Both the position numbers and the translations under genes were made by a program. A stretch of 64,000 nucleotides of DNA, from positions 70,990,001 through 71,054,000 of the forward strand of contig NC_059429.1 of the NCBI RefSeq assembly GCF_021028975.2, in the 5' to 3' direction. Each line of letters starts with the position of its first letter. The stretch's first letter is position 1. The notes under the pieces were generated by a model. The model was not told the origin of the DNA. It saw nothing but the letters and a program-made list of their open reading frames with translations, and searched no databases. Of the stretch, positions 50,109 through 62,785 are shown piece after piece. This DNA is from Sphaerodactylus townsendi. Its lineage: Eukaryota.

Positions 50109-51886
50109 GTAACTGAAAGAAGAGTGATAAAATTACTATGCTGCCTCTCCAGATAAACTCCTAAAAGTGACTTGCAAAGTAAAACATAATGAAATAATAT
50201 AATTTAAAATTATGAATAGTGTGGGCTTTGGTAGTTGGACTAAAAGAACAAAATGTAAAGGATGATAGGTTGCTTTATTTGTGTTGAAAAGACCAAGCTG
50301 CGTTTGTTAGCCTCATTCAGAACTGTTTATGGGTCTGGTTCTCTGCACTCCACTGCTTAAGAATGTCATAATACTAGAGAAAATTTCTGAAAAGAACAAT
50401 TAGAAGAGATTATTGAATTGGCATATATTCCTTGTGGAGAAAGGCTTAAATTAAGATAAATAAGAGAGAACAGAAGACAGACTAAATTATGTGTAGTATT
50501 TTGCAGAACTTTTCAGCTAACTAGTACATTTGTAAACAAGATCTGTATATGTTTCCAGTTCAGTAATGTATCCTTAAACCCAGGGCTAGCAACTTGCTTG
50601 AACCTTAGATGACAACAGTTTACTTATTTAAGATATTTGTATGTCTGCCTTTCTTCTGGAAAAAAATGCAAGTCAACACAAGGGATATTTTTTGGATTTG
50701 GGTTTATTAGACCTGAAATTTTTTTAAAAAGGCAAAAAAGCCAAATACTCGTATTGATAAATAGCTTTTTTAATATCTGAAAATATTCAACTCCATTAAA
50801 GTCTATTTGGAATTTTGGAGGGGCTCTATGGTAACTGTTTTTCAAGGTAGAGACATCAAATTTGCAGCATAGCAGCTGTAGGTGACTCTCCTAAGAAGAA
50901 CCCTTACATTGGTAAATTTTGGGTCAGGGAAGCCAATTTTATGGGCCCACAAAGGAGATGTCCCCATCTACCCAATGGAGTTTTCAACTGCAACTATACT
51001 GGAGATGGAATGTTAAAACTTTTCAAAACATAAGTGCGCTAAAATATGTCCTGTCTACTGCAAGTTCTTGCCATTCCCAACAAAGTAACCCTGGAACCTG
51101 TTGCCTTGTCTGTAGTTGCTATAGGATGCTCTTTCTGCTGTTCAAAATGCGGGAAAGGGAAAGTCATTGTGGCAGCGCTTTTGGTTCTGCCACAATGACT
51201 TTCCTTTTGCCTTTTCTGGGTTTTGCACAGCAGAAAGAGCATCCTGTAGCAGTATTTTTAAATTTATTTATTGTAATAAATTAAACCTTGCACATCCTTG
51301 GCCACAGCCAGGCTCGGGGTGGCTTACAATTAAAAGCACTACACAGGACATAGCCTTAATATAAAATTAGAATATCAAAATCTAAAATCAAAAATAAATT
51401 TCAATGGTGATGAAAATAACAGTCCATTCAATCTATAACTCCAATCTCAGATTCCTCAATTGTTGTAGTCACCATAAAGATGAAGGTGGGAAACAAGATC
51501 AATTTCCAAATAAATATAAACAGAAGATGGAAGGTGCACAACTTGAATATAAAACAGCATGTGTTCTTTGGTGTTAAAGACTTGATGGTCAGTGGTGTAA
51601 TTGGTGGTAGTGGTCGGGAGGCCAGTATTATGGTACAAGACAATGCGTGACCTCAACCAAAAGCCCAGCGGAACATCTCTGCTTACAGTACATCATACTC
51701 TATATTTCTTCTGGTGATCCTATACCAGGAAAGACTAGGAGATAGTGCATGAAGATCAGAGTAGCCAGGAGCAGCTTGTACTGAGTGGTGCATTCAGTTT
51801 TTTTTGTCCTAATGATTTGTTAGGTAGAATAATTGCATTTGTGATTGAGTATACAAAAAGCTAAATAACGTTTTGTTCTCTTCTAG

Positions 51887-52709
51887 TACATTGGCCTGCA
51901 TTAACCCGGAAGCAGTCATCCCTGGCCTAAACTACATCTCTTTTGCTAATGTTGGTATGAGTGGCTTAACTCCCAGTGGAGTAGATCTGAGTATGGAGGC
52001 AAACGCCATTGCCCTCAAGTACTTGAATGAAAGTCAACTGTCCCAGCTTTCTTTGAGTCGTTCAAGCCAAAGAAATCCCATGGATTTATCAGTGCAGAAT
52101 CCTCTACATAATAATGCAGACAAGAGTTTAGTTGGCTTTAACTTAATATCACCAAGTAACATGTCTTTTGCAACCAAGAAGTATATGAAAAGGTATGGAC
52201 TCCTACAAAGTACCGACAGTAGTGATGATGAAGAGGAGCAGCAAGCTGACTGCCTTAGAAGAGGAGAGAGCTTAGAACCTGTTCTGCAGTTAGATATCAG
52301 TCCTGTCTTGGAAAACTTTTCCCACTGGAAGCATCCATCTGAAAGAGCTAGTGAAAGACAACTTTCTAATCCAGGGCAGTGTGAAACTGAGTTGCCTAAC
52401 AGTCATTTATCAAATTCAGAGGGCCTTGTATTAAAAAATGTTGCAAATGCAGTCTTTCCACTCAGAATCCTGCAGCAATCCAATGAAAATTCAGTTCCAT
52501 TTTTGAAGGAATTAAAGCCAAAAACCAAACTTCTGCCTGGCAAAGCAGAGTTTACACAACATCCTGACAAAGAGAATTTAGATGTCCCAGTTGTACCTGA
52601 AACTCTGCAAACTCCTATTCTTGGTCATTTAAGTCAAGGTGATAACATGCATTCAGTGGGTACATTTCTTGATGTCCAGCAACTCAGACAGCTACCAAAG
52701 TTATTCTGA
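51887..52709 (+). CDS. STIL: STIL terminal exon (STAN domain, KEN box)
   Basis: TLACINPEAVIPGLNY...DLSMEANAIALKYL...SPSNMSFATKKYMKRYGL...DKEN...LRQLPKLF-TGA. Confidence 0.97.
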
Positions 52710-53324
52710 CCTTTGTGGTTTTACAAGACAACCAGTCCTTAGTACAACTTTACATTTTCTTAGCGTTCAGTGAAATCAAGAGAAGACAGTGACTGTTCTT
52801 CAAAAAGCTGTTTGGCAGTAAGATAAATATGGAAAGAGTCCAGTTTCAGCCCAGCCAATCCAGTTGCTTAGTACGATGGCTTGGTTATCACATTGAATAT
52901 AGCTTTATTGTACTGTCGTGTCACATTTCATGTGTCCATACACTCTAAGTGGCCAATCAATTTAATGTAGGCATAAAATGTGAAACCAGTCTGTGCTTTT
53001 TAATTAATGTCTACTTTTGCATTAATGAAAGCAAGAGAGATTAAATGTCCATGCTTGCCCTGTCTGAGGTAAAACTCACTTTTTAAACCTGTTTATTTAC
53101 CATTTGCATATAACCAAGCATTAGAATAATCACTTCTGTTTACATCTCTGCTCCTTATATACATTTCAGATAAAATTCCTTGTTACAAATCCGATCATGA
53201 AGCACAGTTGAGGAATTCTGTCTTTTGTGTTTCTGATTATGACAAAAGGAAAACATTCCATAAACTGCTGGAGTATATCGTTTTTGTGGGTTTTAAACTC
53301 TTTAACACTTCATGTGTATAAATT

Positions 53325-53330
53325 AATAAA
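53325..53330 (+). terminator. candidate STIL polyadenylation signal
   Basis: AATAAA ~620 nt after the stop, followed by GT/T-rich sequence. Confidence 0.55.
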
Positions 53331-54677
53331 CTATGCTAGGCTGTTTTTGTAACAAATCTGTAAAATACAAGGTTTTTCTTAAAGCTAAGTTTTTGTTTTA
53401 TCTGTCCAAACTGATCTGTTCTTAGATCACAGTGCTACTAAATATTGATACTTATACCCTGTACTTCAGCTCTTAGTTGCTCAAAAAGAGTTACCATAAA
53501 GCAACTTTAAATGCCTGAAAGGAAAGGGAAATGCCTTCCTTAAAGCATTTTGTTTGACTTTGAGATATCAGGCCAGTTTGAATCTTTTTACCATTTATAA
53601 ATGAAAATAAAATGATGAGAGGAGTATTATATAAGCTGATTTGGGGACCCTTTGGAAATAAGGGCAGGGGATAAACTAAGTTAAATAAAATTTGAGTGCA
53701 CGTAATGGACTGCGGCTAACATAACAAAAATCTGAAATTCACTGTGGGTTGTGACATGTCAGTGTATAAATTCTTGATTAGAAGTAGCAACTTTACAGGA
53801 GTGCAGGTGGTGTGTTGAAAAGATAAGGCTTTATCCAATTTGGTAAGATCCTGTATCTTTCTATTTGCATACCTTTTTGACCTGTGTAAAGCTACTTTTC
53901 TGCTGTGAAGTGCATTCTTCTAGGTATATTTGGACTTAATGAAAGACATTGATGTTCCTTGATCAGAAGTACCTACTACTGAGAGTGGGGGTGTTCAGCA
54001 AAGCCAAACTGGGGTGGGGGGCAAAAATACCTTATCTGTATTTTTTGGGTGGGGTTGTTCCCTCCCCCCCCCCCCAATGGCAGCAATTTAAGGGAGCCAA
54101 AAAGTGGATCGCAGATTTATTTGGGCCACTTTGGCCCTGCTGTCCTTTAAAAAATCAGGAATCCTCTCTCTACCCTACCTCTCTGTGGCTGGCTGGGTGT
54201 CATATTGAGCTCTGTAGTACCTTCGAAGTCCACATAGGCTCAGAGTTGCAAGTGGTTCAGAACTGAACACTGGGTTCAGCTTTGCCAAGCCCAGCATTCA
54301 GCTCTGCCCCACCTGCAGCCTCAGAGATCCATGGTGAACTTTAGAGGCAACTTGAATTTGGAGGTTTGGGTTTAATAGAAAAAAACTGACTATCCAGAAA
54401 AGCTGACCCTTCCCCATATTCACATAGGCATGCAGATATGTTTTAATTTCCACATCTGTTAAACCTGATCGTTAAAAATACTGGGGAAATGGTGCATGGC
54501 CCTACCTACCACCAGAGAGGCATGTGCTCAGTGGCAAAGGTGACTTTCACAGCTAAGAAGAGTGGATTGGAAGGAGGAAGGTATGAAATACACTCCCTAA
54601 TATTTTAATGAATAATTGAAATAGACTATTAACCTTAATTTTTACCATGGCAAAAAAGTAAGATCTGTTCCAAAGGG

Positions 54678-54812
54678 GGTTTCCATTGCCTGCCTCTGTG
54701 TAGTAACCCTGAATTCCCTTTGAGGTTTTCCATTCAAATACTACCCAGGGCTGGCCCAGCTAAGCTTCCAAGATCTGATGAGATTGGACTGGCCTGGACT
54801 ATCCAAGAAAGG
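54678..54812 (-). mobile_element. 5S-derived SINE, partial copy
   Basis: Reverse complement of the same head through GGCAGGCAATGG. Confidence 0.65.
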
Positions 54813-55794
54813 TCATATACATGCAGCCAATGGGGATTCTGTAAAATGTTAACTATATTTCAAGTAAGTCTGTGTATATTTAAGCATGTTAATATTGAAT
54901 TATGGGCTAAAGGTGAAATAATCTTAATGAAACAGGATAGTGATTTGCACCAACAATGTTACTGAAAATCTGCTTTGAAGAAATACCAAAGAAGTGGCAA
55001 AATCCAAATTGTACAAAAAAAGAATCGAGGCCTCTGCTCTGAAAGTGGGCTGTTGTATGAAAATGGCACTTTCATACAGAAATTTGTCCTCAAACACTAT
55101 AACCCTTTGGGGTCATAGAAGTTACCAATTATGAGATTCATCAATAAAGATGGAGAATTAGTACTGAGTCATGCACTATTGGTATCGCAGGTTGCATGTG
55201 TAATTTAGACACCAGTGTGACATAGACACTGGAAATTCCTTCCAAAAGTTGATAATGGCATTGTGTGTGTTTGCTGTATGTTTACTGTAAACGTTCAAAG
55301 GCTTCTGCAAGCAAGCCATTGTTATGACAGTGTGGAGCAAAGTAGCTTTGTTTCAGGGTTCCTGTAAAGACAGTAGGAGCAGAGTCTGGAGGCCACAGCT
55401 GCTACCCACCCAGTTCCCGTATGGGTGGGATTGCTCTTTTAGAGGGGGGTTAAAGTGTTGGACTCACTAGGATCTGGGAAAGTCAGATTCAAATTCCACA
55501 ATACCTTGAAATTGTTGTGTGACCTCCCTGAATCTTATACCTTTAGCGCATGGTGGTTGTGATGATAAAATGGAAGGAGGAAGGACCTTATCTGCTGCTC
55601 TGAGCTCTACTGAGGAGGGTGGGATAAAGATTTTACTAGAGAGTTTCTGCCTGTCAGCAGTGCTGCTGGTCCCATGATTCACAGAAAACCAAAACAGTGT
55701 GTGTGGGTTGGGGGAGTGCCTTTTCTCAGGGCTTCTGTAGCTGCCTGGAATTGCAGTATGATCCCTCCCTAACCAACACCCACAGCTTAATTCT

Positions 55795-55915
55795 GTCTTT
55801 CCCATTTCCTGGCTCTGGCTAGAGGAAGTTGTCCTCCTGTTTCCTGGCTGTAACTTGGATGTGGAGCCTGGTGAGCAGTCGTGACTGCTGCTTCCAGTTT
55901 CCTGCCAGTGTCGTG
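55795..55915. promoter_or_regulatory. Ets-site cluster; probable orthologue of the TAL1/SCL 5' (-3.8/-4 kb) endothelial-haematopoietic enhancer
   Basis: Five GGAA cores in ~100 bp (55806, 55824, 55841, 55892, 55899), ~3.8 kb upstream of promoter 1a. Confidence 0.6.
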
Positions 55916-57701
55916 AGACTCTCTTTTCCCCTCTGGGGAAAGATCAAGGCTGACCCATCCCTGGCACCCCTCTCCCCTGCTCTTCCTCATATTTTGATAC
56001 CTGGGGGAGACGGGTGGGCTTGGAAACATTAAGCAACCCCGCACCGATGTCTAACTCCTTATAAAGAAATCCTGAACTCTGCCTTTACTAAAGAAAGGGT
56101 TTGGGCCCGATCTAGGCAAAGCTTCGGAACTGCTCCGGAGTTACATCCCATCCACCCAAACCTGTACTTCGACTTGGAAACAATTCCCATTCATTTCAAT
56201 TTACTGCTACAGCAATTCTGTATAGATGCAATTGGGATCTTAATCGTATACTCGCGTTGCTTTCATTTGTTTCACAGTAAGAGCTTTTCATGCGCGCGCA
56301 ACAAAGCATTACAATTCAGAGAGATTCCCCCCCCCCCACACACACACACACTACTTAGGGGCTGAGGTTGTAAATTTAAAAGAAGCAATATCGGGACCTT
56401 TCCAAGTTCTTCTGGACGTCCTGCGTCGGGGGCCGTTGCTTGAGCTTAGAACAAAGCGGATCGTGGCTGGGGAGAGTGAACCCCAAAGTTGTGGGAGTGG
56501 GCGCTGTATGGGATATCGCGCAAAAGGGACTGGGGGTTCCTGACTCCCGTGCTGTAGTTAACATAGAAAGAGGGCATCAGGCCTACACAGCTGGTGTCAG
56601 TGGCCAAATCCCCACTTATCCGAAATAGTAATAGTCACAAGAGGGCAGTTCTCTAAGTACCTCCACGTAGAACAGTTCATTACATAGTCCGGCGACCTCT
56701 ACAGAACGGGCATTTGTTGCAGGGGGTAGATGCTGCCCAGGTATGTCCAAATCAGGAGTCAAAAGTAAGCAGTCCTGAGGAAATCCGCTTGGAAGTCAGG
56801 TGTTCCTAGGATTGCACCCCCTAAAAGCGTCGGGGGCTGCAAATGTCATCAATACCGTTGATTAAGACTAACTGCAAACTGCCGCGCTTGTCCTAAAAAG
56901 CCTTGTCTGCCTTTCTTCAGCGAACGACTCGAATGCAGGACTGTTGTTTTAGCTAGAAAGCGTTCTGGAGCAGGACGCTGCAGGCACGGAAATAAACAGA
57001 AGGCGGCGGCGGGCGGGGGGTAGAAAGATTTTCAGTGATTGATGGTTTTAAATCTGATGAGCTGCACTACACCGATGTGTTTGCTTTGCATTTTGTCGCA
57101 GCCTTCCTTGAGAATCTGTGTGTTTACAGGCAGATTTATACATCTTAGAAGTCGTCGGAAACGGTGAGCTGTCAAGCCGCAACAGGTCTGCCGAGGGGAA
57201 CAGACTGGAGTCATTTGTCTGTATTTGCGAGACCTGCAGGCTCAGTGCGGCGGTCCCTTACTGACTGTGTAGGCAGCAGCACCCTTCAATGCCGCCCAGT
57301 TGTTCCCTGATTTAGTTAAGCCAATACCGCAAGCAGCCCGCTAAGGACGAGTGCAAGAACAGAAGATGCGGAAGGGAGGCTGGAAATTAACTGTACCGAA
57401 CAATAAGAGAGAAGACGGATGATCAAGAGACAAAGGGAAAGCATATCTTGATCCGCTGCGGGACTGATAACAGGGACGGTGATCTTATCTTCCACAGCGT
57501 TTATGACAGTTTCATGAGATCTGTCCTTCTTCCGTTCAGTTTTTACAGAAGTACCCCCCACCCCACCCCCAGCATCCGCACGGCTGATGCAAATCTAGTT
57601 CAATTCGTGCGAAAATGCCAGTCTTGGAAGAGACGGGTAGATCATTCGTGGAGAAAGTTTGGGTGTATAGCTCTCCTTTCACTACAAAGGGGCTAAAATT
57701 T

Positions 57702-58254
57702 AAACCGGCTATTTTAGCTCTGCAATCCTAAAACGCATTTCCAAAATAAATTCTATTAATGGGCAGTTGGCCCGCTGTGAAGAACACCCAGGAAGAGGGC
57801 GCCCCCCGCCCGCCCGCCCGCCCGCCCGCCACCCCACCCCGCTCCCTCTAGAGAGGCCAGTGGTTCTCTCTCGGCGGTGGGGAGCAGGGTCGGAGGCCCT
57901 CGACGTGATCCATGCAGACTCTTCCACGGGATGTGCTGGAGACTCTGCAGTATGTGAATCGTTCAGTTGGAGATGGCACGTTGCGGATCAAGTGCTACAG
58001 CTCCAACTGAACGATTCACATACTGCAGCACATCCCGTGGAAGAGTCTGCATGGGTCACGTCGAGGGCCTCCGACCCTGCTTCCCACCGCCGAGAGAGAA
58101 CCACTGGCCTCTCTAGAGGGAGCGGGGTGGGGTGGCGGGCGGGCGGGCGGGGGGCGCCCTCTTCCTGGGTGTTCTTCACAGCGGGCCAACTGCCCATTAA
58201 CAGAATTTATTTTGGAAATGCGTTTTAGGATTGCAGAGCTAAAATAGTCGGTTT
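57702..58254. repeat. long near-perfect inverted repeat (arms ~270 and ~254 bp, 28-nt loop)
   Basis: 57702-57972 is the reverse complement of 58001-58254 apart from ~4 transitions, a ~10-nt indel and a different (GCCC)n copy number. Confidence 0.97.
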
Positions 58255-59519
58255 GAAGCATCCCTATAATAATAACGTCCACCTCGATTTTTATGTGACA
58301 CTATTTCAATACAAATATGCCGTCCGGATTATTAGGACTCGTCGCCTGTTCTTTTTCACACGTTCGCATCAAACTCCACCCACATGTTAATTCAGAGCAC
58401 AGTAATGGGACTTTAGGCCAGGAGTCCGAGGGAAAGCGCAAAAATACAAGCAGATTCAACACAAAGGCGGTTTAAAACCACCTTTCCTTAGAGTGGGATG
58501 GGCTACGATCCATTCGATACGCTTAAGGAAACAGAAGAAAACTGGCTCGAGGAAGAAGTCCATTGGCAGCGCTGGATTTATGCGCACGACAACCAAGCTA
58601 CAATTCAGGGCTTCACATCATGAGGGGTCTCTAAATACACATTTTTTTAAAAAAGAAAAATATGTGATGGAACTACTAAAGCCTCAGCGTGTCTTAATCC
58701 GGCCCCACGCCCCGTTCGTGGAAAAAAGGCTCTAAGATGATGGGCACATCCTCCATCTTGACGCGATAGAGCTCAGGTGGAAGGGGCTACCTGAGCAAAC
58801 GACCCGCCTTTGTCTGCTCCTGCCCCTCTTCCATTTATGAGCATCCCCTTGATTTCAGGAGAATATTAATCGGAAATCAATCTTAGGTCGGGGAGCCAAA
58901 TTTCCCATTCCTCCAGCGGGCCTAGATCTGACCTGCCTCAAACTAGGGGAAAGGTAGCGAGGTATCTCGCAGGACGTGCTCTGGAGCATATTGGCGAGGT
59001 TTTGGACGGGAACCTCCAGCTCCTTTCTGACTAGCCCCCTCTTGGATTTGCCGGATCCAGCTCGGCTTGTAAATCTTGTGCTCAACCTTCGTGTCTCCAG
59101 TGAAGAACGGTGTTTTTTTCGGGGGGGGGGGGGAGTAATAAATAATCAATATCAACGTTTGTGGTTTACTGCACTGACTGACCCAGGCAGGCCTCTCCTT
59201 TCCCCCGGTTGCTCTCCAGCGGCGGACTTTCCTTTCCTTTTGCAATTATTGTGGCTCATTAAATTTAATTAAAGAGCCGAGTTGGTCTTCCATATTTAAT
59301 TGTGAGTGTGTGTGAGTGGGGGTGGGTGGGACACACACAGGAGAGGATAAAAACCTCCAAGAGAGCTAAAAGAAGCGCTCGTTATTTAAATGTGGGCCGT
59401 CCTGGCGAATATTTCATTCCTCCCTTCGCTCTCCCCAGTCAGCCTTCTCTTGAAAGCACACACACAAACACACAAAGCCAGGAGGCCCGCATCCCAAATC
59501 CCCCCTCCCCGCATATCCC

Positions 59520-59680
59520 AGCCATAATTTTCCGCTTTCCCTCGATAAAATTGGCCAATAATAATGAATCATTTTATAAATAATGGGTTTAGGGGCTTAT
59601 CAGGGCAGGCGGGCCATCGCTGGCGCCTTATCTCTCTTGGCCACATTGCTCCAGTCTTCCGCTCTCCATACTAAATAGGA
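59520..59680 (+). promoter_or_regulatory. TAL1: TAL1/SCL promoter 1a
   Basis: AATGAATCATTT (59563-59574) followed by two GATA sites (CTTATC 59596, CCTTATCT 59626) ~31 bp apart with a GC box between them, the known SCL promoter 1a layout; position downstream of STIL fits synteny. Confidence 0.8.
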
Positions 59681-61200
59681 AACTGGACGTGATGTGGGAA
59701 TGAGATCCCGGCGCTGTGAAGCCACCCGACACACCACGCCACGCAGCGCCGCGCTCTTGCTCTCTTCTTCTTCGACTTCTTCTTCTTTACAGCAAAGGGA
59801 GGCGGGAAGTGGAGCTATATAAATAAATATATCCAGGCCCAAAATGGCTCCAGTCATTGTCACCAAAGGAAAGCAAATTGGGGGGGGGGGGAGCGAGGTT
59901 TTCTCGGCTGCGCCGGTTCTTGCAGCCTCCGGCTGGGAAATATTGGGTAGAACATAATAACGGGTGGCGGTGGGAAGCCGCGTTCAAAGGAGGGTGCCCT
60001 TACAGACAATGAGGACCCCCCCCCCGCGCGCGCGCACAGTTCCTGACGGGAAAGCTCCCCTTCTGCACTGTATTGAGCTGCTGCCTGTCAGGAAGCTTCA
60101 GGTGTCATTTGGACTCTAGGCCTGGTCCTGGGGAGAGAGCAAAATGGGAGGCAATGTATGTTGATTATGTTTTGCAGGCGGCCAGTTTTTCCGCCGCAAA
60201 ACCCCTCGGGGAGCCCCGTAGCCCCAGCGATTGGAGAAGCCCCGCGGGGCCCGGCAAGCTCTTGCTCCCCCCACCCCACAACCCCGTTTTTTCGCTGCGG
60301 CCCGATGGCCACTTGCCAGGCCAGAAGCCACGGCCGAAGAAGGCGGAGGGCGTCTCTGCTCCGTCCGGTCTGGCTCGGCTCGGCCGAGGGCTTCGCGGAG
60401 CAAAGAGTCCACCCAACGAGAGACCAAACCAGGAGCCAGCCAGACCCTCCTCGCCTTTGGGGAGCCGCGACTCTCTTCTCCCGCCGCCTCCCTCCCTCCC
60501 CCTCCCTCCCTCCCGCACCATCGAGTCCGTGCGGGACCCGGACAGGCAAGAGGATTTCCTCCGGCCGGCCTAAAGGACGAGCCTCGGCCAGGACTGGGGC
60601 GCCGCCTCCTCCGCACCACAACCAGCCTCCGTCCGGAGGCCCCGTTTTCTGCTGTTTAAAAGCCGACCCGTCTGTCTCTGGGGCGCGCCGGGGGTGGGGG
60701 CGATTCTTCGGGGAGGCGGGCGGCACTCTTGGCGGCCGGGTCATCCGCCGCTGCAGTTCGTTTCTACTAAATTCTATGGGTCCCGCTGGCGATAGCGAGA
60801 GACGCGTCGTCCAGCCGCCTTCGTGCCCGAGAAGAGGGCGGGGGGGAGCTGTCGGTGGTGCAATCTGTACCCAGCCACCCACCCCCCGGTCATGTGGAAG
60901 GAACAAGGGCAGCACTCCGCGCCTGCACGCAGGCTTTGTGGGGCGCGGGGAGTGGCACAGCGCGCAAGTCTGCGGGCCCGTTCAGAAAGAAGGGCCCCGC
61001 CGCTGTGACCTTCATGACCACTTTGCACGGAAATGCCTGCGAATTTGGCACTCGGCGTCCACCAGTCGAACAGTTGTCATCCAGAGCATTGGTCTCGCCC
61101 TCCTCAGCAATGGGCAGCCAGGTGCCCTCTGGGCAGCTCTGGGGTGTGTGTGTGGGGGGAGGAGCTCAGAGGTAGGTCCAGAGAGATAGATGTTCCTGTT
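59680..61200 (+). promoter_or_regulatory. TAL1: TAL1 5' CpG island (promoter 1b and non-coding 5' exons; boundaries unresolved)
   Basis: High GC/CpG; GGCGGGAAGT Ets-like motif and TATATAAATA near 59800-59825; no TAL1 coding sequence (MTERP.../bHLH) in the window. Confidence 0.55.
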
Positions 61201-62646
61201 CTTGGGTTTTTCCCCAAATTTTTATTTTTAACTTATGAATATAGCGAAATTAAATGGTTGAATGGTGCTTTGCCGATATTATTTTTTGGTTAGATACCTT
61301 TTGTGAGCCAGTTTGAAGGCCTGGGGAGGAGGGGGACGGGCCATCGATGTAAATATAAACCAATATGAAATAAATAAGAGATTCAGCAAAGCTTCCACCT
61401 GGTCCTGCCGAGTATTTCAAGCATCTATAATTCAAAGGCATATTGCCTTCAAACACGGAAGTTCGATGCCTAATAGCCATTGATAGACTATATGGCACGT
61501 ATCTATTCTAGTGCTCTTCTGAAACCGCCATCACAGCTGAATAAATTAATTCCACAACAGTTAATTCGGCACTGGGATGCTCTGCAGACACCCACACACC
61601 AACACTTATTTGAAAGTGCGGGAGACATGAGCGGGGGTGGGGGGAGGGGGCAGCCCCTGGAAACCGTCTGCTTGCGACAAAATCCCCGAACGCAATTTAG
61701 CCCGCCAGATCCTCACTAAGGAGATGTCTGACTCGCACGCCAAAGCTTATCTGCCACTTGCAGACAGTTTACTTGGTTGATTGACTCGGGCTTCCTCAAG
61801 AGCCAGTGGTGCGTTTGGCGAGAACAATCCAAGTGCCTTGAGGATCGCGGTTTCCTCACTAAAGATCCGCATTGTTTTGTCCTAATTACGACAGGAAGGA
61901 AGCATCGAGCTGGCAAAACGATTACAGTCGGACCAGGCCGGGTTTCAACAACAGACTGCAGAAACAGGACTTTGGAGTTACAAAGGAATCTCCCTGAAAT
62001 TGCAAATATAAGGGCGTCAATAGGAAGAGGAGAAATAATAACTAGAAGGCGGTCTGTACAGTGAGCAACAGCAATATCTGCCTATGCTCCCATTCCCAGA
62101 AGAGTGTTTGAGGGGGAATAATTTTTTAAGCATATCAAAAGAAACCGAAAGGCTCCTTACGACCCAACTGATTGGTGAGATTGATGCGGGGTCTGTCATT
62201 TCCTGTGTAACCCCGACCCCGGGCAAATTCGGCCTGGCAGCTCCTTTCTGCTGCTCCAAGGTTTAGCAGAGACCAGCTCAAGCCGTTTTTGCCCCAAATT
62301 GAAGTTTGCATTGCTGCAGTCGGAGTCTACTTTAGGATCGTAGAGACCGGAGGAGAGCGAAGGACCGCGTTTGTTGCACGTTTTTCTCACTAAATCTGGC
62401 AGATGTGAGCTGCATCCTCCACCAAACAATATAAGAAAGTCCAATGCTGATCTGAGAATGACAATTTGTTATTCTCCGGGTCTGCCTCAATTGCGCACTG
62501 GCGAAGGCGACGAGCCCCGTCCAAAGCGATTTACCAGAAGGCAAATCGCGTTGGAATAAAGAGTGTGTATTCGCATACTGGTCGGCTGTTTGGAGTGGAA
62601 GATAAAGGTTATCGGGAACAATGGGACACTTCCATTGTATGAGTTA

Positions 62647-62785
62647 GGCCCCTTTGCACAGGCAGAATAATGCACTTCCAATGCACTTTGCAGCTGGATT
62701 TTACTGCGCGGAGCAGCAAAATCCACTTGCAAACAATTGTGAAACTGGATTGAAAGTGCATTATGCTGCATGTGCGGAAGGGGCC
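62647..62785. mobile_element. MITE (Harbinger-like), second copy
   Basis: Same TIRs and internal sequence as 6871-7021. Confidence 0.8.

Noticed and set aside
57709-58282. Mirror-image ORFs on both strands
   Set aside because: A by-product of the palindrome; no coding signature.
60073-61189. Long overlapping ORFs (343, 275, 167 aa) in the CpG island
   Set aside because: Low-complexity Pro/Arg/Gly translations open in many frames because of high GC; no TAL1 or other recognisable domain.
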